Numbered from the whole stretch's first letter, positions 47,195 to 60,293 are shown. The stretch is 63,226 bases of DNA, filler included, from Globobulimina sp. (GCA_003354225.1; 51 parts of 51 records of this genome joined end to end with filler, not necessarily neighbours in it); one strand, 5' to 3'. Numbers and translations are program-made. Notes: generated by a model not told the origin, from the letters alone.

Positions 47195-48192
47195 TTATGA
47201 TGAAAAGAATGGTGATTATCGTTTTTATATTTACGTTGATTGAGATGTGTTTATCTTTGCTTTATTCACCATTTAAACTCATCACATTTCCAATATATTC
47301 GTATATAAATTTAATATTTTTTTTATTGCCAATCGTTTGTATTCTAATAATATGGCGAAAAATGCCGTTTATTGATGATAATATTTATTTGTATAAAGAA
47401 TGTAAAATTATTCTATATTATTGGTTTGTGACCGTATGTGTTTATTGTATAATATTGATCTTTGAAGTTTTTGTTGGGAAACATTTGCTGACTGTTTTTG
47501 TGGGGATTCTCTCTGCATTGTTCGCCATATTTGTTGGTGCGTTCTTTTCCACGTTTTGGGTGTTGAAACAATTAACTTTTGTGAAGAAAATGGATAAAAA
47601 CGCTGAGATGATGCAGAATAATATTAATATACAGAAAGATATGTTATTATTAAGTGAGGTGTTACAAAATGATGATTTATTTAACCAGTTTATGCAGCAT
47701 TTAATTGGGGAATTTTCAATGGAATGTTTGTTGTCATTTATTGAGCTGAAACAATATCGGAAATATTTTAGGGAAACATTTGATATTCAGATGAACGAGA
47801 ATGAGAAAATTGAAATCGAGCTGGATTTACCATGTTCCATTCCAACCTCAAATATTGTATATAATGAAAATAATAATATTAATATGAATGAGTTGGATTG
47901 GTTTAAGGTTAAAGCTTATAACTTATATTTAAAATATATAAAAATCGGATGTGAATTTGAGATTAATATTGCGTATCAACAAAGGTTAAGATTTGCTCGT
48001 TTGATGGATAATTATGATGATTGGATGTTGCATAATATTAATAAGATGGATTTATTTCAAATATTTGATAGTTCCATCAGTGAAATGTTCCAATTAATGC
48101 AAAACGCAAAATATAGATTTCAACAGAAACACATTAATATTTCACCACTTCGTAGTTTAATCAGTTTATCTTCCAGTTCCTCTGTTTCATAA
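47195..48192 (+). CDS. Multi-TM (7TM-type) RGS protein, C-terminal part
   Basis: Four TM helices, then RGS: LSEVLQNDDLFNQFMQHLIGEFSMECLLSFIE...AYNLYLKYIKIGCEFEINI...IFDSSISEMFQLMQNAKYRF. Confidence 0.88.
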
Positions 48193-49757
48193 GTGATAAC
48201 TGTACAAATTAAAATAAGGTCTTATCACTTTTGCTGTGCTTTCTCAACACGTACATTCCAACTCGAATGCTCTATAAAATACAATACTGGTCTAAGACGA
48301 CAAACATGTACAACACGCTAAGTACAAAATGAACCNNNNNNNNNNNNNNNNNNNNNNNNNNNNNNNNNNNNNNNNNNNNTTAATTAATTAANNNNNNNNN
48401 NNNNNNNNNNNNNNNNNNNNNNNNNNNNNNNNNNNTATACAATGACCTTAAATAAAATAGGTATACAATGACATTCTAAGCAACTTTTGGTGGTTGAAAT
48501 AAACAGGTTAGAACTCCTAGTAAAAGCAACTACGTTACACTTCGTTTGCTTTTTTTATACCCAGGAGGATAAAATTAAATAATAGCTGTGATACAAAGAA
48601 CAATACATGTGGATTGCTTGTGTGATATTAATTTAATTGTGCATAGAATAATGACATACCAGTAATTAGTTCAAGGAATAATGAAGGCGACGCCCGTAAT
48701 TATGACTAGATGGACTGTTGTTACGAATAAAATACACGTTTTACATTTTTACAGTAAAAAAACATGCTTCAGTGCTATTTCCAAATCAAGAAATTCGATT
48801 CACAGTGTCTTCAAAACTTTAAGAATCAATTTCCTACCCCTCCAGTAGTAATGTGTTTGCGGTGTTGGGGAATTGATTCAGTTATTAGAATTGACGCAAA
48901 ATCGCGGTACTAAATTAAATCAAATTATATTAATGAATTGAATTGAATTTAGCCTCTGCTATCCATGCAAGCTTCAAATAAATACGTATTTAATGTATAT
49001 TAAGTCGAATGGATTAATTTTCATTTATTAATGTTAAATAATTACAAAATAATTATTCATCAAATTTACCTATTAAAAATATGTAAAAATGTTTTTAGTT
49101 TATAGGGAATGGATTTGCTATCAAAGATCCATCCTTTTTATATTAAACACATCATCATTAATTATATTAAGAATTGAATAAATTGCATTAAATTGAATAA
49201 ATTGTATTTATAATAATAATCGAATAAATTATATGCAAATATGCATTGTACAGTTCATATGCGCATATTCGCATATATTTTAATGTCAAATTAATGTTAA
49301 ACTCATTTTTCAATTAAATCAATATAAATCTCTTCAAAACAACTGTTACTAAAGCTACAAATTCGTATTATATCCAAGAATTTCTCAAACAAAGGGCATA
49401 CCAACTTTTCCATGAACTTTCTCTTTTATTTTAATTTTATTTTAATTTGAATGTGAATTTTTTTCTATCTGCATCTGTAGTGTTTTTATAATTCACTGCA
49501 AATGCAACTTATTTCTTTTTTTGAGCTTTGTTCATGGGTTTCAGCACCCAATAAAAGCCCTGGTTTTTTGTGTAAANNNNNNNNNNNNNNNNNNNNNNNN
49601 NNNNNNNNNNNNNNNNNNNNTTAATTAATTAANNNNNNNNNNNNNNNNNNNNNNNNNNNNNNNNNNNNNNNNNNNNAAACGCGAAAAGAGAGAGAAATCA
49701 AAAGAGAAAAAAGACCGCAAAAAAAAAGAAAAAAAAAACAAAGCCAAACACAAACGA

Positions 49758-50783
49758 ATGAAATCCTATCAAGAATATAACATCGAAGAACATATACAAC
49801 CAATTAACTTCAACCCAGAACTGCGATTCTCTCAAACCGAAAATACTTCGCCAAACAAGAAAAGTAAAAGTATGTAAAAACTAAAACCTCTCCATTTACC
49901 CCATCAAACCCATCCTCGCACAAAAAAAACAGATCCAATGCACATCAACACCAACCTCAAAAGCAAAACCAAGAAGAAATCAAAGCACACCCAATCGCAT
50001 TCCACGCCCACTATGCCGGCCAAAGAGGCCATATTCGAAGGCATCGAAGACGAATACTCTTACAACGACACATTAAACGGCTACAAACCGCCGGAAATCA
50101 TGACCAAAGTCATGATCACCAACAACCAATCCCGCACTTCGCGATCCGACAAATATATGGACGATGACATGGACGATATGGTGAAACAACACAACCTGAA
50201 ACAAAATATGCTAAACGGCGGCTACGGCGTCACCCCAATCTCTCAACAGACCAACAACACAAACCATACTCGCATCTCCCACTCCAATAACACCCAAACG
50301 CGCGAATCGCGCGACAACACCGGCAATACAATGATATCGCGCAGTACCTCCCACTCCTACACTCGTAGCAGCAACAGCCGCTCGTCCGTGACCGCCTCAG
50401 TCAGCGCCTCTTCCTCCTGCAACCTCAACCTGATGGACACCATCAACCATATCAGCAAGCACGCCTCCTCCGAGCACAACAACTCCATCTCCATGGTCCT
50501 CAACCTGGGCAACAAAAGCGGCCGCAGATTGAGCATGGAAATGGAATTAGAAAACATGAACCGCAGCAACTCCTCGCCCAAACCGCGAATGACTCACAGG
50601 AAGAAGCGCACGCCGCAGGGCAGCAAAACCAGCCTGGAATTGTCACACAACTTACTCCCTCGCCGAACCAGCGCCATATTGGGCACTGGGCGCGCCTTAT
50701 TACCGTCCAATGCGCGCAAGCACCACTGCCACGAGTCGGGAGCCAGCGTCAATTTGGCCTTGAACAGCCTTATCAGTTCGTAG
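49758..50783 (+). CDS. Low-complexity S/T/N-rich disordered protein (two exons)
   Basis: ATG at 49758; intron 49870-49932 (GTATGT...CAG, 63 nt) joins in frame to ORF 49938-50783. Confidence 0.55.
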
Positions 50784-50917
50784 AAGAAGTACAAAAACGA
50801 GCTTATATAGCGTCCAANNNNNNNNNNNNNNNNNNNNNNNNNNNNNNNNNNNNNNNNNNNNTTAATTAATTAANNNNNNNNNNNNNNNNNNNNNNNNNNN
50901 NNNNNNNNNNNNNNNNN

Positions 50918-51869
50918 CAAAGGGCAGATTACCAATAAAAGAGCGATACAAATGCAGCGAATCTAAAAAACCATTATGAAATACAACGGAAACATCATCA
51001 TTGAAGGCATGGAATGCGATCAAATCGAATATTTTGCGGACGCCAATACAATTTGTTATGTTCTCATTCCATTCTTGTTCATTTTCAATCTTTTGTCGAT
51101 TTATAAGTCTCTCCGCAGACTCATTTTGTTTTATTTTCCGTACTTTCATTCCTTTTAAATACTTATTTGTGTTTTTTGTATTATTTTGCTTGAATGCAAT
51201 TAATGAGTTTGGATATTTGTCCTCAATCAATTGATAAATTAATAACCTTTTGAATGAATTAATTAATCCTAGCTCCAATTCATTGTCATTTGTGTTTAAA
51301 AAATGAGTCAGTTTCTGTTCAATGTCTTGTACGAATTGAATATCTTTTTCAGTTTTCGGTTTTGTGACAGTTTTATTTTCTTTTCGTTGAGTAACTTTTT
51401 CTTGTTTTTTTTGTTCGTATAATTGGTGAGATTCTCGTTGTCTTTTTTCTTGATCAATGGATAAGAAATTAATGCCATTATCGATTAATTTATTAAAATC
51501 AAAGCCATGTTCTCGCAAAAATATTAACGATGAGGTTTGACATAGAAAAGTTGCGCCATTTGAATTTGTTGGGAATGTCCAAAAATTGAATGGATGCGCA
51601 GTTATCTTAAACGATGTGCTATCATATTGCCATAAACAAAGACCAAATTGCATCATTAAGAAATTTTGTGTAAGTTGTCGTTGTTTCATGTATCGTTGAC
51701 TTGGTAAATCATTTCGTGTTGGATTAAATCGGTAATTATTGTTGAAACAAGATTTGCCATCCTTTAATCCGCTAAATTCCAAATCAATGGACACAAAAGA
51801 ACATACGGGTAATAATGTTTTGATTCGCTTTTCAATTGAATCAAAATTGCTTTTCGTAACATCCACCAT
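50918..51869 (-). CDS. PARN: Poly(A)-specific ribonuclease PARN-like (CAF1/DEDD nuclease with R3H insert), N-terminal part
   Basis: MVDVTKSNF, FVSIDLEFSGL, QFGLC, PFNFWTFP, FLCQTSSLIFLREHGFDFNK, R3H-like NSFKRLLIYQ, HNGFLD. Confidence 0.92.
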
Positions 51870-52352
51870 GTTTTTTTTAAGTAAGCAAAAAAACTCAGTT
51901 CGAAGTAGCTTTATGGAGAAATATTATATACATAATTTCATACTTTAGAATAGGACCTGTTTGAAACACATTGTTTTTAAAATTACAGTTTGAATTCAAA
52001 ACATTTCGTTTTTGAAACACTGCCTGTTTATAGCCTATGGGCGTATGAATGTAATATTNNNNNNNNNNNNNNNNNNNNNNNNNNNNNNNNNNNNNNNNNN
52101 NNTTAATTAATTAANNNNNNNNNNNNNNNNNNNNNNNNNNNNNNNNNNNNNNNNNNNNCCATCGATAGTCCATTGATTTATAAATAATCCGTGCAATCTG
52201 TGCGTTTATGTACAGACGTTGCCAAATTAGCAACTTCTGCAGCTAAATTAGCAGTATTAAATGTGAAGTTTTTCAGTTTGCAAAGCCAAAAATTAGTCAA
52301 TTTCTGTTCAGCTAATTCTGTCAACAACAAAAAAACGCAATACTTTAGAACA

Positions 52353-53263
52353 ATGAGGAGCAATGATGACGCAGGCACCCATACATTACCACATACAAAC
52401 GACAGCATGCGTTGCAACGAATATCTACATTCATCTTGCTGTCCTGGGCCAACATTACCGCGGGAACGCTCCGATCTATGCCTTAAATTCTCTTTTTTTC
52501 TCATTGGAGCTGGGTTTTTATTCCCATACAATTCAGTAGTAACCGCCATTGACTTCTTTGCGGAAATATACTTCCCAGCAATAGATTTTGCATTAGGATG
52601 GCTATTATTGGCACCCTCGATGGTGATATTATGTGTCACTTTAAAATCTGGATATTACGGAACAATCTATCAACGTATTATTGGCACCTTTCTATTCGAG
52701 GCCATGTTGACCATTATCATAGCTTTAGTACGCAATGTGGAGATATTATTCATTGCCACTTTCTTTTTAGGCTGTTTAGAAGCAGTGTTACAAGGCACAT
52801 TGTTCAGTTTATTAGGTTTCTTAGGCAGTGACATGATGGCAATTACACAAACTGGTATTGGTTGCAGTGGCGTCTTAGTTGGCATTGTCCGCATTGTGAC
52901 CAAAATATTCATACCAAATGATGTCGAAAGCAGCACTTATTTATATTTCTTGCTTGCCATTGTTATGGTTTTGATAGATATTCTGATATACATATTTGTA
53001 TTGCATCCGTCCGCCAGAGTGCAGAAAGCCATTTATCAGGACACTCAAAAGAATGAATCTTTGAATATTAAGAAGTCCAAAAACAAGGCAAGCAAACGTA
53101 TAATGAAAGTGAATGAATCTGTCGCTATTTTAAAGGATAAAAATGAAAATAAAGTGGCAAATTACAATGCGTGCAATGTTGTGCTAGATAGAAATCGGTC
53201 GGATTCCGGTGAAGAACGGAAAATAAACACTAAGACCGCTGACAATGACGATGAGGCCCTCAG
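52353..53263 (+). CDS. Equilibrative nucleoside transporter (SLC29/ENT), first exon
   Basis: FFLIGAGFLFPYNSVVTAIDFF, AVLQGTLFSLLG, QTGIGCSGV, RIVTK, YF; then the large loop and donor AG|GTAATT. Confidence 0.88.
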
Positions 53264-53494
53264 GTAATTGTATTATTTTGTGCATAATTCCGATGTGAAN
53301 NNNNNNNNNNNNNNNNNNNNNNNNNNNNNNNNNNNNNNNNNNNTTAATTAATTAANNNNNNNNNNNNNNNNNNNNNNNNNNNNNNNNNNNNNNNNNNNNC
53401 ACTCGCCCAAAGAATTGGTTTAGTTGACATTTATATCGATATACATTTAGATCTTGCGAGCAGTCATACCGGTCATGAATGGCAGTATAACACT

Positions 53495-54540
53495 TTGTGT
53501 TATTCCCTGTGGGATAATATGGAGAAGTGGAACCTTACACAAATTTGGTACGATGGAAATGCATTTGTTTCAACTGGAGATGTTGTGCTCGAGGATCAAT
53601 ATAATGCAATGTTTGCAGCATATGGAGTAACTGGAAGAAAATCATTTTGTTTTCTTCATACAGAATACATAAATAATACCCATGACAACAGTACATATTT
53701 AACCGTTACATTGCTTCTTTTAAATAATTTTGGATCAGGCAATGCCTCGACCGGTCAGCATGCTTCACTGCCACAAACAATTTGTAATTTAACTGATTTG
53801 AATGCATTCTATATTATTGGTATTGATTCAAACATTTTTGGACAAGGACACTTTTCCTTTGATGGTATGTACATTGTCGATTAATTCGTTATTTTTTCTG
53901 TTTAATTTAATTTTATAAAAATACGTAGGGATTATACCAGAATGCCTTTGGCATTTATCAGAATTGCGAAAAATTCTAATGACCGGAACGCATTTGGAAT
54001 CGACAATACCTGATTCAATTTGCTCCGGCAATATTATTGATCTTCAACTTAATGATAACGATATGATATCGGGCAGCATTCCCCGATGTTTAGGAGACAA
54101 CAACGGGTTTCACAATTTAGTTTTGAAACGAATGAGCAAACTGACCGGTACCATACCAGATAACTTATTATGTAGTCCATATTTAGAAATCATTCGCATC
54201 GAAGGAAATTACAATTTGGATAGCCAAGAAATACCAAAATGTTTTAGTGATACCAGACGAGCCATACATACCATATCAATTCGAGATTCTCATTTTATTG
54301 GCACAGTGCCTGCACTTCCTATCAATATAGAGACTGAGTTTGGTATCATTACAGGAGCCACCGTCTTAGATTTAAGTGATAATCGACATTTGCAAGGTTC
54401 AATACAGGATATGTTTGCATTATATTTTCAAAATCATGCGGCTTTTTTGTTTCTTAGCGTCATACATCTGAGTAACGGAAATTTCTCCGACCCGGACATC
54501 AGTATTTTTTTAAAGCATTTATTTGAAGCCAAACAAAAGA
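53495..54540 (+). CDS. Extracellular plant-type LRR protein (receptor-like), fragment
   Basis: LxLxxN..(I/L)(S/T)G(S/T)IP repeats; intron 53865-53928 (64 nt). Confidence 0.8.
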
Positions 54541-54974
54541 NNNNNNNNNNNNNNNNNNNNNNNNNNNNNNNNNNNNNNNNNNNNTTAATTAATTAANNNN
54601 NNNNNNNNNNNNNNNNNNNNNNNNNNNNNNNNNNNNNNNNTTTAGCTATTTAGCTAACAACATGTAATGTCAACTGGAGAAAAAATATTTTTTGTTTTAT
54701 TCTCTTAGTTACTACATTTGTTGTCCTAACGGGTCCGAGAGGTTAATCAGTATTCTATTTTATCAAGATGATCTACATAAGTCGACATATGGTTTTTATC
54801 GAATACCAGAGAAAATATTCCCTTGGGGCTATATATGCGATTTGTGTGTGACATTATATCTCACATAATATAATTTGGTACATGTTGCTTTACCCTAAGT
54901 GCAATCTCAGAAACTTTTCAGCAAGAAAAGACAGTACTTGGCAGACTGGTTTTCCAATCGGGTTGCGGGCCAAA

Positions 54975-55091
54975 TTGGAATGTATTGGATTATTAGTCCC
55001 TGTCATAACAAAGATTGTGAACCTGTCTTTGTCAAACTCTGTGATGCCATCAGACCTCAAAATAGCCCTGTTATCGCCATTGTTGAAGAAA
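54975..55091 (+). mobile_element. Short CR1/L2-type LINE reverse transcriptase fragment
   Basis: LLVPVITKIVNLSLSNSVMPSDLKIALLSPLLKK is the characteristic segment preceding RT domain 1. Confidence 0.7.
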
Positions 55092-55102
55092 TAGTGAGGT
55101 TT

Positions 55103-55375
55103 TCAAACATTTCCGACCCATTTCCAATTGTGCTGGCCCAGCACGCCAGCCTTTTCGAGTTTGACAAGGTAGGACTGAACGGAAGTTGAGGCCGACTTGT
55201 GAGGACCGACAAGCAGCACCAGACGTTGCTTTTGTGACTTTTGTGCTGAATCCTGGTCGGAACGAGCAGCGTCATTGCTGTCATCACCAATACTGCTACA
55301 AAGCATAAAGCTGCATTACTATAGATATTATTTTGAAAATTCTGCTTTAAATGATGGAAAGAAACACCAGTCATT
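55103..55375 (-). pseudogene. Sulfotransferase-like type II membrane protein N-terminus (frameshifted, truncated)
   Basis: PAPS-loop-like LVLLVGPHKSASTSVQSYL; the signal anchor AALCFVAVLVMTAMTLLV is in a different frame. Confidence 0.5.
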
Positions 55376-55499
55376 GAGAACGCAGTTTCAAAGAGGAAGG
55401 AAATTAAAAAACAGTTTTCATCACTAGCTGAAAGATAATCCCATCCATGTCGGAAAATATTCGCAGTCCGCACTATCCTATAAAACGAGAGACATCGTA

Positions 55500-55719
55500 C
55501 GTGTTAACACATTTTTGGGTACACCAAGTTTTGCCTATCAAAAAAGCAATATCCAACTCCACTGTGTTTACATAAAAAAACAGGACCAAACAGCAAATAC
55601 ACTGTTTGCCAAACAGTATATTTACTGTTTGGCCACTGCTGTTGTATCTAAGCACAGTAGAGCTGAGGATTGCTTTTTTGACAGGCAAAATTCGGTGTAC
55701 CCAAAAATGAGTTAACACG
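55500..55719. mobile_element. ~220-bp imperfect whole-length palindrome (foldback/MITE)
   Basis: Ends CGTGTTAAC(A/T)CATTTTTGGGTACACC are mutually inverted; pairing continues to the central CTGTTT-GCC-AAACAG (about 55602-55616). Confidence 0.8.
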
Positions 55720-57122
55720 GATGACACGAATGTGATCGATCAATTATTCAGGAACGAAGAAATTGAACTGACTTTTTTTTTNNNNNNNNNNNNNNNNNNN
55801 NNNNNNNNNNNNNNNNNNNNNNNNNTTAATTAATTAANNNNNNNNNNNNNNNNNNNNNNNNNNNNNNNNNNNNNNNNNNNNGTGTCCAATTAGGGTGCTC
55901 CCCATCGGTCGACATTGTCATCACTTATTCGATTACATTCAACAGAAAGCATTACAATTAGCAAATTTATATTGAATTTCGTATTGAATTATTATTGTTA
56001 TATTTTGCAGCGTGTGTAAATATTTATTTATATAATATATTGTATAATTTTTCCGGTATTCCCAGCTATCCCGATATTGATTTCAGTACAGTTAAAAATC
56101 CGACCGCCATCCGTATGCGAGATAATTATTATTCCGGTTTTTCCAGATTTCCCATCATTGATTTTTTGTATAGATAAACATTCGACTGCAACCCGTATGG
56201 AGTTTATCCATTTTAGAAAAATTATCAAGCATCGATCATAGGGTTATCTTCCTAATTCCGTCGAGTTATATTTATTCTCAATTTTTAGGAAAATTATCAA
56301 GCTGTATTCATAGTGATATGTGGCGGAATTTTGTGGATTTAAATATTTTAATATGCGTTGTTCTGTTTTGTTTTGCTTTTGTTTTCGTTTTAAGTTTTGT
56401 AGTTTTTGTGATTGAAACATAAATATTTTTCAATTAAACACTTTGATAATGGCTTCTTTACGTAAGCCGAAAGCTCAGTGATTTTAAATCCTTTAGAGAT
56501 TAAACTAATTCACACTATAATCTCGTTACTAAATATTATCTTATTAATATACTGATACTAATACTATCCTATACTAATACTAATACTATTCACTCCTTGT
56601 AAATCTGTAAATATTTCTTGTTACTGATGACCATCAAATTAATAGTAAAAACAACAACTTTTCTACATTACCAACACGTCGTTCATCAATACCGACAATT
56701 AAGCAAAACACAAAAAAAGAAGGAAACCAAATAAAAGAAAGTAAAACACATCATCACTTTATAACATTTGCTGTATATAAGTGTTTAAAATGCATTATTA
56801 ACATATTTTAAGGAATTAAGTGATATACTTATTTATAGAGAGAATAATTCATATTTAAATGTAATAAATCCGAAAATATTTACCATATTTCAAAATCTCA
56901 ATAAAATATTTCCCATATTTCCCATATACTTTCTCTTTGTATATTTATCCCCTTGGGAAAAGCGATTTTTTGAGCTTCCCATGGGTTTTGTTTACTTAAT
57001 ATGGAACTAGTTGGATTTATTTNNNNNNNNNNNNNNNNNNNNNNNNNNNNNNNNNNNNNNNNNNNNTTAATTAATTAANNNNNNNNNNNNNNNNNNNNNN
57101 NNNNNNNNNNNNNNNNNNNNNN

Positions 57123-58029
57123 CTTAGTAAATAATGCTACATTGAACCGAGGCTTACTTCAAATAAGTGCAAATAAAACAGAATACCCAATGGCCTTAGC
57201 ACTCACCTACAAACTAATAAACAATAATAAATTCATAAAATGGAAATACCGCCCTAATAAATTATGTCTATTATATAAAAATAATCCAAATTGGAATAAA
57301 AAACTAAATAAATTGTTTGATTTATTAAATCGTAATGAGGCAGCAATAATGATACAAATAATCACCGAACATGTCGGACTTAATAATTATTATCATAGGA
57401 AAAATTATTCAATAAAAGCAGTTGAACGACAGACCGATATCAGGGACCATAATAATGCAATTGTTCTCAATGATAATAACCAATTAAATGATAATGACTG
57501 CTTGATTAATATTCGTGGTGTCCCATTATTGGAACCAATCACATTGCCATTAATTCCACAAATAAACCATTCCCAAATGACTGACTTATCGGAGGCAAAG
57601 GGCGCGCATATTGACCCCGACCAATTAAAATCCCCTTTCTGTATACATTGCAATAACCAAATTGAAGACGTCGAACATTTCATTATGAAATGCCCCCAAT
57701 ATACCATTGCGAGAAATAAATTCAGAGCGCGGTTTTACCGCATTGATGTTAAACTTAGACCGCCGAATAATGTATTTAATACAGATATAGTATTGTTCCC
57801 ATATTTAATAAAAAAGATCGACATCGGCAAACAACTAAATATATGGAAACATCTAATAAATTATATAAAAGAAACAGAAAGGCTACGAATTAACTTTGAA
57901 CCAATCCCGTACAAGGAAAAGGCTGAGGGAATTATAACATTTCTGCCACAACGACTGGACTCGCTTCGCTCGCCAGCCGTTGTGGGTCTTTCCCCTCCCA
58001 CTACGCCATGGTCCCAACTATTAAATTAG
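57123..58029 (+). mobile_element. 3' end of a non-LTR retrotransposon ORF2 (I/R1/Tad1-like C-terminal CCHC domain)
   Basis: LNRNEAAIMIQIITEHVGLNNYYHR...SPFCIHCNNQIEDVEHFIMKCPQYTIAR...LINYIKETERL. Confidence 0.8.
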
Positions 58030-58481
58030 TAAACCAACCAATTACCAAAAAAGTGGAAATAAAAAATCAACTAAAAACAATGGCACGCAAACCGACCCAA
58101 AGATTCAACTTCTCTCCGCTATGCTATAATTTGTCAAACCCATTGCATGAAAACCAAATCGTCGAACAAATGGAACGATCCAAACTTAGATTGGAAATCC
58201 ATGCCGATTTTGACTATGATGTATTAAAAAGATCTGACGAAGACGTACAAATTTATTATAGACNNNNNNNNNNNNNNNNNNNNNNNNNNNNNNNNNNNNN
58301 NNNNNNNTTAATTAATTAANNNNNNNNNNNNNNNNNNNNNNNNNNNNNNNNNNNNNNNNNNNNGAGGAATTAATTTTCCCATCCGACCACAGCCCTTGAG
58401 AATTAGTGCAACGACTTTCTCTGGAACTACACGTTTCAGCGAAATCCAGGATGTTCCATGACATAAATGTCAAAAACCTTC

Positions 58482-58562
58482 AATAGGCATTTTTGCTTTA
58501 TCGTAAAAATCTATTTTCTAAGGAAAAAAACAGATTTTTAAGATAAAGCAAAAATGCCTATT
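58482..58562. repeat. 81-bp hairpin element, with related copies at 31093-31140 and 28716-28777
   Basis: Perfect 21-bp arms AATAGGCATTTTTGCTTTATC/GATAAAGCAAAAATGCCTATT, extending to 31 bp with one mismatch; 28 bp identical to 31093-31120. Confidence 0.85.
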
Positions 58563-58617
58563 CAGTCATCTTATTACTTTAGTCTTCTTGCAGTTCAGTT
58601 ATTGTGATTATTTATTA

Positions 58618-59377
58618 ATGGCAACGTCACAAGAGCAAAAAATCAGTCATGTAGTTTCTATGGATACAGACACAGAGACAAGCAGTAAATCTAAAAATGA
58701 CAGCAAACATAAATTTATTAGATTATTACCTGATGTTTATGAAACTCTTTTAGCGCAAAAACATAAGACATGGTTACATCTCATTAATATGATTGTATTG
58801 TGTATTGCACTTATTTTAGCCACTGCATATTCCGGTTTATCGTGGTTTAATGATTTTTATAAAGAATTGCGAGAATGTAAACTTATGGACGATTGGTTTG
58901 CAAATTTCGCTTTTGTTCTTCAATTTGGATTAGGCACAATAATTATGTCAATATTCGCAGCGCTCGGAATGAGTATAGTTGGGCATCCAGACAATGATAA
59001 AGAAAATATTAATAATGACGATTGTAATCACAGTTGGCGCCGTTATTTTCCTCTTTTTTTTATCACATGTTGTTGTAATTATTGTCATTTTTAGCGTCGT
59101 TGCAACCAAAATGGGCACATTAATTACATTCCAGGCGGCTTGTGAACGTCGATTGTATTTGCTTAGCTTAGGCAGTTTAACAAATTGCCCAGAATGTGTA
59201 AGATATGCCGCTATGACAAATGAAGAAAAAATAATTGTAGAGGAACAATTTGATGAATTAAGTATTTGGTATGTTCATTCTTATGGTTTAATTGTTTGGT
59301 GTGTTTTGGTAGAATTGTCTGGAATTTGGTGTGGTATTGGAGCTATTTGGGCAAATTGGAAAGTCATTAATCATTAA
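58618..59377 (+). pseudogene. Four-TM membrane protein with a frameshift near 58980
   Basis: TM helices 1-2 in ORF 58618-59094 and TM helices 3-4 in the overlapping frame 58979-59377; no intron restores the frame. Confidence 0.5.
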
Positions 59378-59768
59378 TTTTGTAATAAAAAATAAATATA
59401 AATATAAATATAAATATAAATATAAATAGTGACATATTATAGAAAATCGATAATGGATAATGGATAAAGGTCGCCTAGCTCAAGCAGAGCACTGCATTAA
59501 TCCANNNNNNNNNNNNNNNNNNNNNNNNNNNNNNNNNNNNNNNNNNNNTTAATTAATTAANNNNNNNNNNNNNNNNNNNNNNNNNNNNNNNNNNNNNNNN
59601 NNNNAAATAGCGTCGTATTCGTTGATTGAAGTTCGTTACTTGCGGATATGGTTATTGTTGCATTACGGATAGAGATAAAACGTCGATTCATTATTATATG
59701 AATGTGTTGAAAAAAAACTACAAAGTTGAAATCGAGCCAACAGACAAAGTTGTTTTAGGAATTTTAAA

Positions 59769-60293
59769 TTGGATGATTTGTACACGGATATGGATGGACC
59801 ATCGATGGTTAAAAATGATATGGATGCTGCTAAAATTGGAGATATTATTGCTTTTATCGTAGACTGTAAGGATGCGGATGTGGTGGAGTTGAAGGAGTTA
59901 ATTATGAAAGGATTGAAAATTGAAATGCATGGCGATGACAGCGGCAGTGATGAGGATATGGCCATGGATAATGTGCAAGAAATGGAGTTAGAGTTAAAAG
60001 AGAAGGAGAAATGTGACGAGCCGTACAAGCCATTGTATCAAATAACAAGCGGTATTCAGAGATTTGGAAAAAACAAGGAAAACAAAAACAAAAATAACAA
60101 AGCAAACAAGGAAAACGCTAAGAAATCTGTTGAGAAGAACGAGGTGGACGGGGATGGTATGAATGATTGTGGTGATTTGCAAAGGCTTACAATTACAAAA
60201 TCAATTCAAGATCGTGAATTAAGTGATATATTGGATAAAATTCATGTTTACTTATTTCATGCTGTACATGATGTTAAAGAAGTCCCTCTGTAA
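59769..60293 (+). CDS. Hypothetical acidic protein, C-terminal fragment
   Basis: D/E/K-rich ORF ending ILDKIHVYLFH. Confidence 0.45.
   Translation: MDDLYTDMDGPSMVKNDMDAAKIGDIIAFIVDCKDADVVELKELIMKGLKIEMHGDDSGSDEDMAMDNVQEMELELKEKEKCDEPYKPLYQITSGIQRFGKNKENKNKNNKANKENAKKSVEKNEVDGDGMNDCGDLQRLTITKSIQDRELSDILDKIHVYLFHAVHDVKEVPL

Noticed and set aside
44713-48335. Globin, CLN6-like and TM-RGS genes as a signalling gene cluster
   Set aside because: They are on three separate contigs ordered only by length; adjacency is coincidental.
48436-49576. Very AT-rich contig as organellar or structural RNA sequence
   Set aside because: No rRNA, tRNA or protein motif could be recognised; the same applies to 55882-57022 and 60846-61986.
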